Assembly (NCBI RefSeq): GCF_036884295.1
Contig: NZ_CP145608.1
Span: 2,290,285 to 2,314,284, forward strand
Length of the DNA: 24,000 nt
From: Brochothrix thermosphacta DSM 20171 = FSL F6-1036
GTDB lineage: Bacteria > Bacillota > Bacilli > Lactobacillales > Listeriaceae
Direction of reading: 5' to 3'
Positions 12,070 through 19,150 of this stretch are shown here, piece by piece. The notes under the pieces were generated by a model. The model worked only from the letters and a program-made list of their open reading frames with translations, ran no database searches and was not told the origin of the DNA. Position 1 is the stretch's first letter. The number at the start of each line of letters is the position of its first letter. Position numbers and translations under genes: made by a program.

Positions 12070-12101
12070 AGAGACAGTTACATCATTAACGGAGGTTACT
12101 T

Positions 12102-13124
12102 ATGAAAATACTTGTTTTAGCAACTGGCGGGACCATTGCGTCTGTTGAGACAGACAATGGCTTGCTTCCTGGTCTGAATGTTGAAGAATTACGTCGCTAC
12201 TTTACTGAACAAAATAAGCAATATAGTCAATCAGAACTTGATTTTGACTTTCATCTTTTAATGAACAAAGACAGTACAAATATCAGCCCTCATGATTGGG
12301 TAACGATTGCTCAGGCGGTCGAAACACACTATAACGACTACGATGCTTTTATTATTACGCATGGTACGGATACTTTAGGTTATACCGCCGCCGCATTATC
12401 CTATATGTTACAGGGATTTGATAAAGCTGTCGTGCTGACTGGCTCTCAAATACCCCTCAGCTTCCATAAAACAGATGCTAAACGGAATGTTCGTGATGCT
12501 CTTACTTATTGTTTAGAAGGCCAACCAGGTGTGTTTGTTGTCTTTGATGGCAAAGTGATTCAAGGCACTCGAGCAGTTAAGATTAGAACCAAAAGTTATG
12601 ATGCTTTCGAAAGTATCAATCATCCCTATATCGCTAAAATCATTGATGGCCATGTGGAAATGTGTGCATCTCCTGCCCAAAAAACAGAACGATTACAATT
12701 TGAAACACAATTGTGTTCAGATATCTTTCTGCTCAAGTTATTCCCTGGGCTTAAAGCATCGTTTTTTGACGCAATTGCTGACAATTACAAAGGTATTATT
12801 ATCGAAAGTTTTGGTAATGGCGGCTTACCCTTTGAAGATGAAAATATCCTCGATCGTGTCGGTAACTTAACAAAGCGCGGTATCTCGGTTGTTATGACCA
12901 CTCAATGTCTTGAAGAAGGCGAAAATCTTCTATTATATGAAGTTGGACAAAAAGTGGCTCAATACCCCATTATTCTATCGGGTGATATGAATACGGAAGC
13001 AATTGTCCCTAAATTAATGTGGGCGCTCGGACAAACGACGGATCCAACAGAAGTAAAAACATTATTTGAAACACCTATCGGTGGCGATTTATCTGCTGAT
13101 TGGGATATGCAAATAACACCATAA
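12102..13124 (+). CDS. ansA: L-asparaginase, type I (cytoplasmic)
   Basis: 340 aa. The active-site motifs are ATGGTIAS (threonine 1) and THGTDTL (threonine 2). Size and layout match type I AnsA. Confidence 0.9.
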   Translation: MKILVLATGGTIASVETDNGLLPGLNVEELRRYFTEQNKQYSQSELDFDFHLLMNKDSTNISPHDWVTIAQAVETHYNDYDAFIITHGTDTLGYTAAALSYMLQGFDKAVVLTGSQIPLSFHKTDAKRNVRDALTYCLEGQPGVFVVFDGKVIQGTRAVKIRTKSYDAFESINHPYIAKIIDGHVEMCASPAQKTERLQFETQLCSDIFLLKLFPGLKASFFDAIADNYKGIIIESFGNGGLPFEDENILDRVGNLTKRGISVVMTTQCLEEGENLLLYEVGQKVAQYPIILSGDMNTEAIVPKLMWALGQTTDPTEVKTLFETPIGGDLSADWDMQITP

Positions 13125-13179
13125 AAAAACGCCCGTCGGGTTCTCCTCTATATTGAGGAAGTACCTGACGAGCGTTTTT
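13125..13179. terminator. Bidirectional terminator between convergent ansA and the PTS gene
   Basis: A long imperfect hairpin, AAAAACGCCCGTCGGGTTCTCCTC-TATAT-GAGGAAGTACCTGACGAGCGTTTTT, is flanked by an A-run on the left and a T-run on the right. Confidence 0.8.
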
Positions 13180-13186
13180 AGTTTAT

Positions 13187-15055
13187 TTATTTTACTGTAA
13201 CTATTTCTTCGTTCATTTTCACTTGACCATTTTCTTTAGCGTATGTGAAATCTGTATAATCAGCTGTATTTGTTACGATAACCATTGTAGTGGTATCATA
13301 CCCTTTTTCTTTAATACCTGCGATATCAAATGACCCTAGAACGTCGCCACGTTTAACCGTTGCACCCGTTTCTGTTGTCATTGTGAAACATTCACCATTC
13401 AATTCAACAGTATTAATACCGATATGAATGAGAACCTCTAAACCTGTCGTTGATTTAATACCGATGGCATGTTGTGTTCCATAAAGAATAACAATTTCAC
13501 CATCGACAGGTGCTGTTACAACACCTTCTGTTGGTACAACCGCAAAACCTTTACCCATAATTTCTGCACTAAATACTGGATCATTCACATCTTTAAGTGG
13601 AATTAACTCACCTGTTAACGGGCTGGTAATTGTACTATCTGAAACGTTTGCTACGGGTACAACGTTTTCAGGCGTTGTCACTGCAGGTACTGGTTCTGCT
13701 TTTTTCGGTTTTGGAAGTCCAAAGAAAAGCGCACCGATAAATGCAATCACAATTGTAATCGCTGAAGCGACAAGCAATGCAGCAAAGTTAGAATCTTTCC
13801 CAATAAATAACGGGTAGAATAATGGGTTTAAGATTGGTGTAAAAGCAAAGATTTTAACTTCAAAGAAGCTAACAATCCCACCACCTACGGCAGCTGCAAT
13901 TAAACCTATAATAAACGGACGTTTATATTTCAAGTTAACCCCGTATAATGCGGGTTCTGTAATCCCAAAGAAACCAGGGATTAACGCTGATACTGCGATG
14001 CTACGATCGTTACCTTTAAGACGCGCTACCATACCGGCAACTGCAGCTACTTGACCGTAAACTGCCATAAACATAACTGGTAAGATCGTATCGTATCCTT
14101 GAGTGTTCACATTGATCATTGCAATCGGCAAAATTGCCCAGTGCATACCAAAGACAACTAATAGTTGGAAAACACCCCCGAGAACAGCACCAGCAATCAT
14201 TGGGCTTAAGCCATATGCTGATGAATAACCTTTAGAAATCATCTCACCCACAAACGTTCCTAGTGGTCCGATGAAAAGGAAAGCTAATGAACCCGCAACA
14301 ATTAATGTTGCAAATGGTACAAGTACAATTTGTGCTGCTTTAGGAATCCAACGTTTAAAGAAACGTTCAACATAAGCAGTAACCCAAATCGCTAAGATTG
14401 TTGGTACAACGGCACCACCATATTTATCAAAGTAAATTGTATAACCAAAAGGTGCAAACGTTAATTCACCTAACGCATCAGTTAACGGGAAAACCATTGC
14501 CGCGGCAATTGCTAATGCGATAAAACGGTTGGTCTTAAATGCATCTGCAGCTGTGACAGCAATAAACAAAGGTAAGAACTTGAAAATACCTGTTGATAGT
14601 GCTGTAAGCATAACGTAAGTTAATGATTTATCAGAGATAACACCGTACATTTCTAACGTCATGACTAATGCCATAATAATACCTGCACCTGTCAATACAC
14701 CGATATATGGTGTAAAGAACGACGCGATGACAGCTAATAAACCACTTAATGATTTTTTAGAAGGCGTATCCGACTCATTACTATCTTTCGCTTCTTTATT
14801 GTTAACATTGAAGTTGGCTTCGATTGAGCTGAACACATCATTGACTTCTGCCCCAATAACCACTTGATATTGTCCGCCTGCTTGAACGACTGACATTACC
14901 TTATCAATATCTTGTAATACTTCTTTATTAGCCTTTGACTCGTCTTTCAATACAAAACGTAGTCGTGTTGCACAATGTACAACTGATTTAACATTTTGTT
15001 CACCACCGACATTGTCGATGATTTTGGTAGCAATACCTTTGTATTTATCTGCCAT
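13187..15055 (-). CDS. PTS glucoside-family EIIBCA component (second system)
   Basis: 622 aa. It has EIIB VVHCATRLRF, an EIIC with GITEPALYGV, and an EIIA with QHAIGIK…VLIHIGINTV. AGGAGGG lies 9 nt upstream of the ATG. The gene is preceded by RAT-3 and its terminator. Sugar specificity cannot be read from the sequence. Confidence 0.9.
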   Translation of the reverse strand: MADKYKGIATKIIDNVGGEQNVKSVVHCATRLRFVLKDESKANKEVLQDIDKVMSVVQAGGQYQVVIGAEVNDVFSSIEANFNVNNKEAKDSNESDTPSKKSLSGLLAVIASFFTPYIGVLTGAGIIMALVMTLEMYGVISDKSLTYVMLTALSTGIFKFLPLFIAVTAADAFKTNRFIALAIAAAMVFPLTDALGELTFAPFGYTIYFDKYGGAVVPTILAIWVTAYVERFFKRWIPKAAQIVLVPFATLIVAGSLAFLFIGPLGTFVGEMISKGYSSAYGLSPMIAGAVLGGVFQLLVVFGMHWAILPIAMINVNTQGYDTILPVMFMAVYGQVAAVAGMVARLKGNDRSIAVSALIPGFFGITEPALYGVNLKYKRPFIIGLIAAAVGGGIVSFFEVKIFAFTPILNPLFYPLFIGKDSNFAALLVASAITIVIAFIGALFFGLPKPKKAEPVPAVTTPENVVPVANVSDSTITSPLTGELIPLKDVNDPVFSAEIMGKGFAVVPTEGVVTAPVDGEIVILYGTQHAIGIKSTTGLEVLIHIGINTVELNGECFTMTTETGATVKRGDVLGSFDIAGIKEKGYDTTTMVIVTNTADYTDFTYAKENGQVKMNEEIVTVK

Positions 15056-15107
15056 TTTTTATACCCTCCTATTATGTTATCAAATAGAAAATCACCTTTT
15101 TCAGAGC

Positions 15108-15160
15108 AAAAAAAATAACCAAAGCTACCCGACATTATATCGAGTAAAACTTTGGTTATG
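15108..15160 (-). terminator. Conditional terminator of the second PTS leader, overlapping RAT-3
   Basis: The minus strand has ATAACCAAAG and CTTTGGTTAT separated by 26 nt and followed by TTTTTTTT. The 5' arm overlaps the RAT 3' end. Confidence 0.75.
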
Positions 15161-15183
15161 CCTGATCGAATCAGTAACAGTCC
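15154..15183 (-). promoter_or_regulatory. RAT element 3
   Basis: The minus strand reads GGACTGTTACTGATTCGATCAGGCATAACC, a very close match to the RAT consensus. Confidence 0.85.
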
Positions 15184-15257
15184 ATTTATATATGAAATCA
15201 GTTCCATCTGTAACCGATTTCTTTACTACGTTAGTATAACTGAATTCAAATATAATA

Positions 15258-16076
15258 TCAATTCACATTTCGATGAATATGTATCATTAGATAAAATTTT
15301 TCATCAATATTCAAATTCCAACCATACATTTCGTTTAAATAGTGCTCAATTTTATTGACACACTGATATTCTGAAACATAACGTTCTTTAAAAAGCTGAT
15401 ACATTTCGCTTTCTTTTTCAGAAGAATCTTCACCGCTCAAGTGTCGAATAACAAAATATTTGAGATGGGTGATAAAACGCTGATACATAAATGATTCTTC
15501 ATCAAACTCAACATTATAATGGTATTTTACAATATTCAACACATTTGTCAAAATCAGCATAACTGAAGTAGTTTCATGAAAATTCGATCGACCAATTTCA
15601 TCATTGATAAAGTGCATTGCGATTGAACTCGCTTCATCTTTGGGAATAATAAGACCGGTCTGTTTCTCAATGTAGCGAATGGCTTCTAATCCAATTTCAT
15701 AATGTAGCGGGAAAAAATGTTTTATTTCCCAATTCAAGGGGTTTGTTATTTCCATCTTTTGTTCTAAGCGCTCTATTGCAAACGATATATGATCTGCTAA
15801 AGTTAAGAACACTGACATGTTCAATTGTTTACTGAGTATACGTTCACCGATATTTACTACAGCATGTGTGTATTCAATTACCTCTGGTGAAAAACTTTGC
15901 AGTAAATCAATTGTTGTATCTTGTGGTACCTTATAAATTTTTTCTATTTTTGTCGAATCTTCTAATTGATAAGGTGTTTTTGGAAAGCCGATGCCCTTAC
16001 CTGCAACAATAACCTCTTGCCCTGTATCATTGAGTGCCATCGCAAAATTATTGTTTATTTTTTTGATAATCTTCAT
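15258..16076 (-). CDS. BglG/LicT-family transcription antiterminator (second copy)
   Basis: 272 aa. The CAT domain is MKIIKKINNNFAMAL. PRD histidine contexts are ADHISFAIER, AMHFINDE, FITHLKYF and LMIHIHR. AAAGGTGG lies upstream of the ATG. Confidence 0.9.
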   Translation of the reverse strand: MKIIKKINNNFAMALNDTGQEVIVAGKGIGFPKTPYQLEDSTKIEKIYKVPQDTTIDLLQSFSPEVIEYTHAVVNIGERILSKQLNMSVFLTLADHISFAIERLEQKMEITNPLNWEIKHFFPLHYEIGLEAIRYIEKQTGLIIPKDEASSIAMHFINDEIGRSNFHETTSVMLILTNVLNIVKYHYNVEFDEESFMYQRFITHLKYFVIRHLSGEDSSEKESEMYQLFKERYVSEYQCVNKIEHYLNEMYGWNLNIDEKFYLMIHIHRNVN

Positions 16077-16147
16077 TGCATCAGTACCACCTTTCTGACT
16101 ATTTGAAGGAATTATCTTTTCACTTCATTTTTAACCATATGAAGTTA

Positions 16148-16176
16148 ATTTTATACATCCACTTTTTTTTTGTCAA
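16148..16176 (-). promoter_or_regulatory. Candidate SigA promoter of the second antiterminator-PTS operon
   Basis: The minus strand has TTGACA, a 17 nt spacer, then TAAAAT. I found no RAT in this leader. Confidence 0.55.
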
Positions 16177-16244
16177 TTTTTTATTACGCGTGACAAAACG
16201 AAACAGGTTACAACGCTATACCTGTCTCATTATTATTTTCCCAC

Positions 16245-16337
16245 AAAAAAAGAGAATACTAAAGGGGATTAGTATTCTCTAGGGAATAAGGGATATTTTT
16301 TAAAGGGATAATTATTATAGGGAAATAATTATATTCT
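16245..16337 (-). ncRNA. Candidate C-rich (UCCC-motif) small RNA, sibling copy A, LhrC-like architecture
   Basis: The minus strand has its own promoter: TTGGAA (16372-16367), 17 nt, TATAGT (16349-16344). The transcript is about 93 nt: …AUAAUUAU-UUCCCUAUA-AUAAUUAU-CCCUUUAAAAAAUAUCCCUUAUUCCCU-AGAGAAUACU-AAUCCCCUUU-AGUAUUCUCU-UUUUUUU. This gives an A/U hairpin exposing UCCC, a single-stranded tract with three more UCCC motifs, and a perfect 10 bp terminator whose loop is also C-rich. There is no ORF. The transcript ends are estimates. Confidence 0.6.
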
Positions 16338-16399
16338 AAGTATACTATATTTTTTGTTATATATTATTCCAAAAAAGGTAATCTAGGGCGCACTTTTTG

Positions 16400-16414
16400 A
16401 AAAAAAAAAAAAAA
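16400..16414. repeat. A15 homopolymer tract (T15 on the minus strand)
   Basis: There are fifteen consecutive A residues, preceded by TTTTTG. They lie about 30 nt upstream of the -35 box of sRNA copy A. Confidence 0.95.
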
Positions 16415-16753
16415 CGTGCTGCACTATTTTATTTCAACGAGTGCATGAACACTTTATATGCTTATTTATCTCGGCTCTATAATTTATGCTGTTGATGATT
16501 CTTAGTGAAAAATAGCAATAAAATTAAATCGCATAAAAAATTTATAAGCGATGAATTAAAATTATCAGCAACCTCCCCTAACTGAAATACGACTTCCAAA
16601 ATCAGATGAATCGATAGAATAGTAACTATTAGAAAGATATTAAAAAATGGAGTAGTACTCTCAAGATATAAAAAAATGGATTGGTACTCGCTTTCGCTCC
16701 GTCCCATACTGGCCTTGTATGCTCATGTCTTCGCAACAATGTCAGCACCCATA

Positions 16754-16790
16754 CTGTTCTCGTAAGCGAATAAATTCGCTACGAGAACAG
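16754..16790. repeat. Long near-perfect inverted repeat (hairpin) with no U-tract
   Basis: CTGTTCTCGTAAGCGAA-TAAA-TTCGCTACGAGAACAG forms about 16 bp with one bulge. It directly abuts the T-run of the sRNA copy B terminator. Confidence 0.85.
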
Positions 16791-16791
16791 T

Positions 16792-16885
16792 AAAAAAGAG
16801 AGAATGGCTAAAGGGGATTAGCATTCTCTCAGAAATAAGGGATATTTTTTAAGGGATAATTATTATAGGGAAATAATTATATACT
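16792..16885 (-). ncRNA. Candidate C-rich (UCCC-motif) small RNA, sibling copy B
   Basis: A direct repeat of about 110 bp links copy A (16245-16356) with 16792-16904. The promoter is TTGAAA (16920-16915), 17 nt, TATAGT (16897-16892). The hairpin loop UUCCCU and the terminator loop AAUCCCCUUU are the same as in copy A. The terminator stem differs by a compensatory A-U to G-C change (GAGAGAAUGCU/AGCCAUUCUCUC). One internal UCCC is lost (UUUCUGAG). No terminator separates it from the upstream yjdM gene. Confidence 0.6.
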
Positions 16886-17007
16886 AAGTATACTATATTT
16901 TTTCGCGTCCGTATTTTCAATAATAGTCTTTTAAGAAGCAATTTTTGAAAATATTTAATGATCAGCTACTAAAATAACATCCCTTATAAAATCCTATTAA
17001 ATTATCG

Positions 17008-17349
17008 TTAGTTTTTCTTAACGAACTCTGATTTTAACTTCATTGGTCCAAAACCATCAATTTTACAATCAATGTTATGGTCCCCCTCAACGAGACGGAT
17101 ACTTTTAACTTTAGTTCCTAATTTCAAATCAGATTGAGCACCCTTAACTTTAAGATTTTTAATAACAGTCACCGAATCTCCATCAGCTAGTAGGTTGCCA
17201 TTCACATCTTTTACAACCAAGCCTTCTTCAGTTGTTTCAGTTGTCGTTTCATTGTTCCATTCAAACGCACATTCAGGACAAACGAAATTGCCACGATCTT
17301 CATAAGTATATTCTGATTGGCACTCAGGACAGTTTGGTAAATTACTCAT
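17008..17349 (-). CDS. yjdM: Zinc-ribbon protein YjdM/PhnA family
   Basis: 113 aa. The N-terminal CPxC…CPxC ribbon is [21 protein letters not shown]. The C-terminal domain is …[14 protein letters not shown]…[44 protein letters not shown] lies 6 nt upstream of the ATG. Confidence 0.9.
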   Translation of the reverse strand: MSNLPNCPECQSEYTYEDRGNFVCPECAFEWNNETTTETTEEGLVVKDVNGNLLADGDSVTVIKNLKVKGAQSDLKLGTKVKSIRLVEGDHNIDCKIDGFGPMKLKSEFVKKN

Positions 17350-17392
17350 TGTAGCCTCCTAATTAGTTCATTTTATTTAACACTTACTATCT

Positions 17393-17420
17393 ATTATACC
17401 TAATAGCTCAATAAATTCAA
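17393..17420 (-). promoter_or_regulatory. Candidate SigA promoter of yjdM
   Basis: The minus strand has TTGAAT, a 16 nt spacer, then TATAAT, about 45 nt upstream of the ATG. Confidence 0.4.
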
Positions 17421-17601
17421 ATCCACTTTTATGATTATTCACTAGTTAAACAGCTGTAATAGCTTATTTGTTTGACTTACTCCAAAATCTGTCACATTTT
17501 CCCTATAAAACAATCATGACCTTACATTATAATAACAAGGTCGTGTATAATGAAAGCGTGAACATTTTATGCAGAATCTACGCTTTAAAGGAGTGCAAAC
17601 A

Positions 17602-18447
17602 ATGGAAAATAAACTCATATTTATGGATGTTGATGGTACCTTATGCAACCCCTCAGGTATTGTACCTGACTCTGCCAAAACGGCAATTAAAACAGCTCGC
17701 TCTAACGGTCACAAGATATTTCTTTGTACCGGGCGCTCTAAACCTGAAATCATTGATGAAATTCTAGCAGTTGGTTTTGATGGTGTCATTGGTGCTGGTG
17801 GTGGTTATATCGAAATTAAAAACACTGTTTTAGAGCATAAACTGATGCCAGAAAAAGATGTCCGAGATATCATCGATTATTTTGAAAAGCATACTATCGG
17901 TTATTATATTGAGTCTAATAGCGGTCTCTTTGGTAGCGCTAATTGTCTTTCCTCAATCATCTCTCAAATCTCAAATGGTGCGATAGAAGGTAGTGTTGAA
18001 TACGAACAAGCAATCGCTGAATTTGATTGGTTCAAGAAAATACTAGATGATAATGCAGGCAAAGCCATTGATTACGGTTTTGTTAATAAGATCTCTTTTA
18101 TTAGTAACGGTCATCCGTATGACGCAGTTGCTTCTAAATTTGGCGATACTTTCCAAATGCATCGGACAACAGTGGCACAGTTTGGCCCTCAAAGTGGCGA
18201 AGTGTCCATTAAAGATGTCAATAAAGCCACTGCTATTGCAACAGTTTTAGATGAATTAGACATTGATATTAAGCATACCCTTGGTTATGGTGATGGGAAT
18301 AATGATATCGATATGTTCAATGCGGTTGCACATGGTGTCGCAATGGAAAATGCCACGCCCTCTTTAAAAGCACTTTCACATGAAATTACCCCAACAGCAG
18401 ATGATCATGGAATTGCTCTCAGTTTCAAAAAAAACGGCTTCATTTAA
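17602..18447 (+). CDS. HAD-superfamily hydrolase, Cof-type (HAD-IIB) sugar-phosphate phosphatase
   Basis: Motif I is FMDVDGTL, motif II is CTGRS and motif IV is GDGNNDIDM. The track start at 17569 lacks an RBS. The ATG at 17602 (MENKLIFMDVDGT) has AAGGAG 8 nt upstream. Confidence 0.88.
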   Translation: MENKLIFMDVDGTLCNPSGIVPDSAKTAIKTARSNGHKIFLCTGRSKPEIIDEILAVGFDGVIGAGGGYIEIKNTVLEHKLMPEKDVRDIIDYFEKHTIGYYIESNSGLFGSANCLSSIISQISNGAIEGSVEYEQAIAEFDWFKKILDDNAGKAIDYGFVNKISFISNGHPYDAVASKFGDTFQMHRTTVAQFGPQSGEVSIKDVNKATAIATVLDELDIDIKHTLGYGDGNNDIDMFNAVAHGVAMENATPSLKALSHEITPTADDHGIALSFKKNGFI

Positions 18448-18477
18448 AGAAGACCTCTAAAAAGGAGTTTTTGTATC

Positions 18478-18894
18478 ATGCCAACGTTCAAACAACTTAA
18501 TGCACAAAAAGCTGCACTTGCGCTTTCACCAAAATTTCAGTTTAGTACAGTAACTGCTGATTCTATTTCAGAAGATGCCGGTGTTTATTTTATCGCCCGT
18601 CCCACAATTAGCAAGTATGGTGAAAAACATGAACAAATCCTTTATATTGGGCAAAGTAATAATTTACGGCATCATCTTTATGTCGAGCAATTTATTGGTC
18701 ACACTGATACTGCCCGTTTGAAAAAAAGACTCATTGCCGATTATGATTATCCCGAAATAATGACCTTTGAACACGCCCAAAAGTTTTTAACCGACAACTG
18801 TTATTTTAAATATCACCTCGTTGAAACACCACGTGACCGCTCATTTTTAGAACATGGATTAAAATTTTCCTTATCACCCATGTACTTAGAGTGA
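18478..18894 (+). CDS. Small stand-alone GIY-YIG nuclease-fold protein of unknown function
   Basis: 138 aa. GVYFI…ILYIGQSNNLRHHL fits GIY…YIG plus the conserved Arg, and a downstream Glu (FLEHGL) is present. AAGGAG lies 10 nt upstream of the ATG, 30 nt after the HAD gene, so the two are probably co-transcribed. The family assignment comes from motif reading only. Confidence 0.6.
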   Translation: MPTFKQLNAQKAALALSPKFQFSTVTADSISEDAGVYFIARPTISKYGEKHEQILYIGQSNNLRHHLYVEQFIGHTDTARLKKRLIADYDYPEIMTFEHAQKFLTDNCYFKYHLVETPRDRSFLEHGLKFSLSPMYLE

Positions 18895-18927
18895 AAGCAC
18901 CTTCACCTACTTTCAAACATGTAAAGT

Positions 18928-19111
18928 GCGAGAAAATAAATAAAAGCAAAAACAAACGTTTAACTACAAAGAAATTGGAGAAAATAAAACTTTGATTCTT
19001 TTTATCACAATGTTATTTTTGAAATTTCACTGTAGTTGTTTGGCTTTTACTGGAGAAAAAATAAAAGTGAAAAAAGACGGTCAGAACTAAAGAGATTGGA
19101 GAAAATAAAAG
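18928..19111 (+). repeat. Duplicated A-rich module carrying four (T)GGAGAAAA(N)ATAAAA motifs
   Basis: Unit 1 (18928-18990) and unit 2 (19050-19111) are about three-quarters identical by eye. Each ends in ATTGGAGAAAATAAAA. Motif copies start near 18930, 18977, 19052 and 19098, giving spacings of about 46, 75 and 46 nt. Confidence 0.7.
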
Positions 19112-19150
19112 GCGTGAACTATCTATTAAATCGTCACTAGATAAAAAAAC

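Noticed and set aside
12598-12870. 90-aa plus-strand ORF
   Set aside because: It is an alternative frame inside ansA, and the ansA frame carries the asparaginase active-site motifs.
14661-15358. ORFs 14661-14867(+), 14947-15207(-), 15012-15239(+) and 15152-15358(+)
   Set aside because: They overlap the EIIB-coding 5' end, the RAT-3/terminator leader, or the 3' end of the antiterminator gene. The leader is better explained as regulatory RNA.
16076-16282. 68-aa plus-strand ORF
   Set aside because: It spans the antiterminator promoter and 5'UTR and the sRNA-A terminator. It has no RBS and is AT-rich junk translation.
16677-16705. T-box-like string TGGATTGGTACTCGCTTTCGCTCCGTCCC on the plus strand (compare GGGUGGUACCGCG…UCGUCCC)
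   Set aside because: - I could not find Stem I elements (AGAGA or AGUA boxes, a specifier loop).
- No complementary terminator arm (GGGACG…) follows.
- No plus-strand gene lies downstream.

At best it is a decayed relic.
16477-16707. 76-aa minus-strand ORF between the sRNA copies
   Set aside because: It has only a weak AAGG upstream and no recognisable domain. It also crosses sequence that looks non-coding, including internal direct repeats. I kept it only as part of the unexplained-spacer finding.
16676-16765. 29-codon plus-strand ORF (MDWYSLSLRPILALYAHVFATMSAPILFS) as a type I toxin
   Set aside because: It has no Shine-Dalgarno sequence and no charged tail. There is no identifiable antisense partner beyond speculation, so the evidence is insufficient to call a gene.
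16245-16904. The two 110 bp direct repeats as a CRISPR array, or as the ends of a mobile element or MITE
   Set aside because: There are only two copies, about 550 bp apart. There are no short regular spacers, no terminal inverted repeats, no target-site duplication, and no transposase or integrase. Each copy instead has its own promoter and terminator on the same strand.
17468-17767. 99-aa plus-strand ORF, and the 17569 start of the HAD ORF
   Set aside because: The 99-aa frame overlaps the HAD gene out of frame and has no RBS. The 11-codon HAD extension lacks an RBS, whereas the ATG at 17602 has AAGGAG and gives the canonical DxDGT N-terminus.
18047-18250. 67-aa plus-strand ORF
   Set aside because: It is an alternative frame inside the HAD hydrolase gene.
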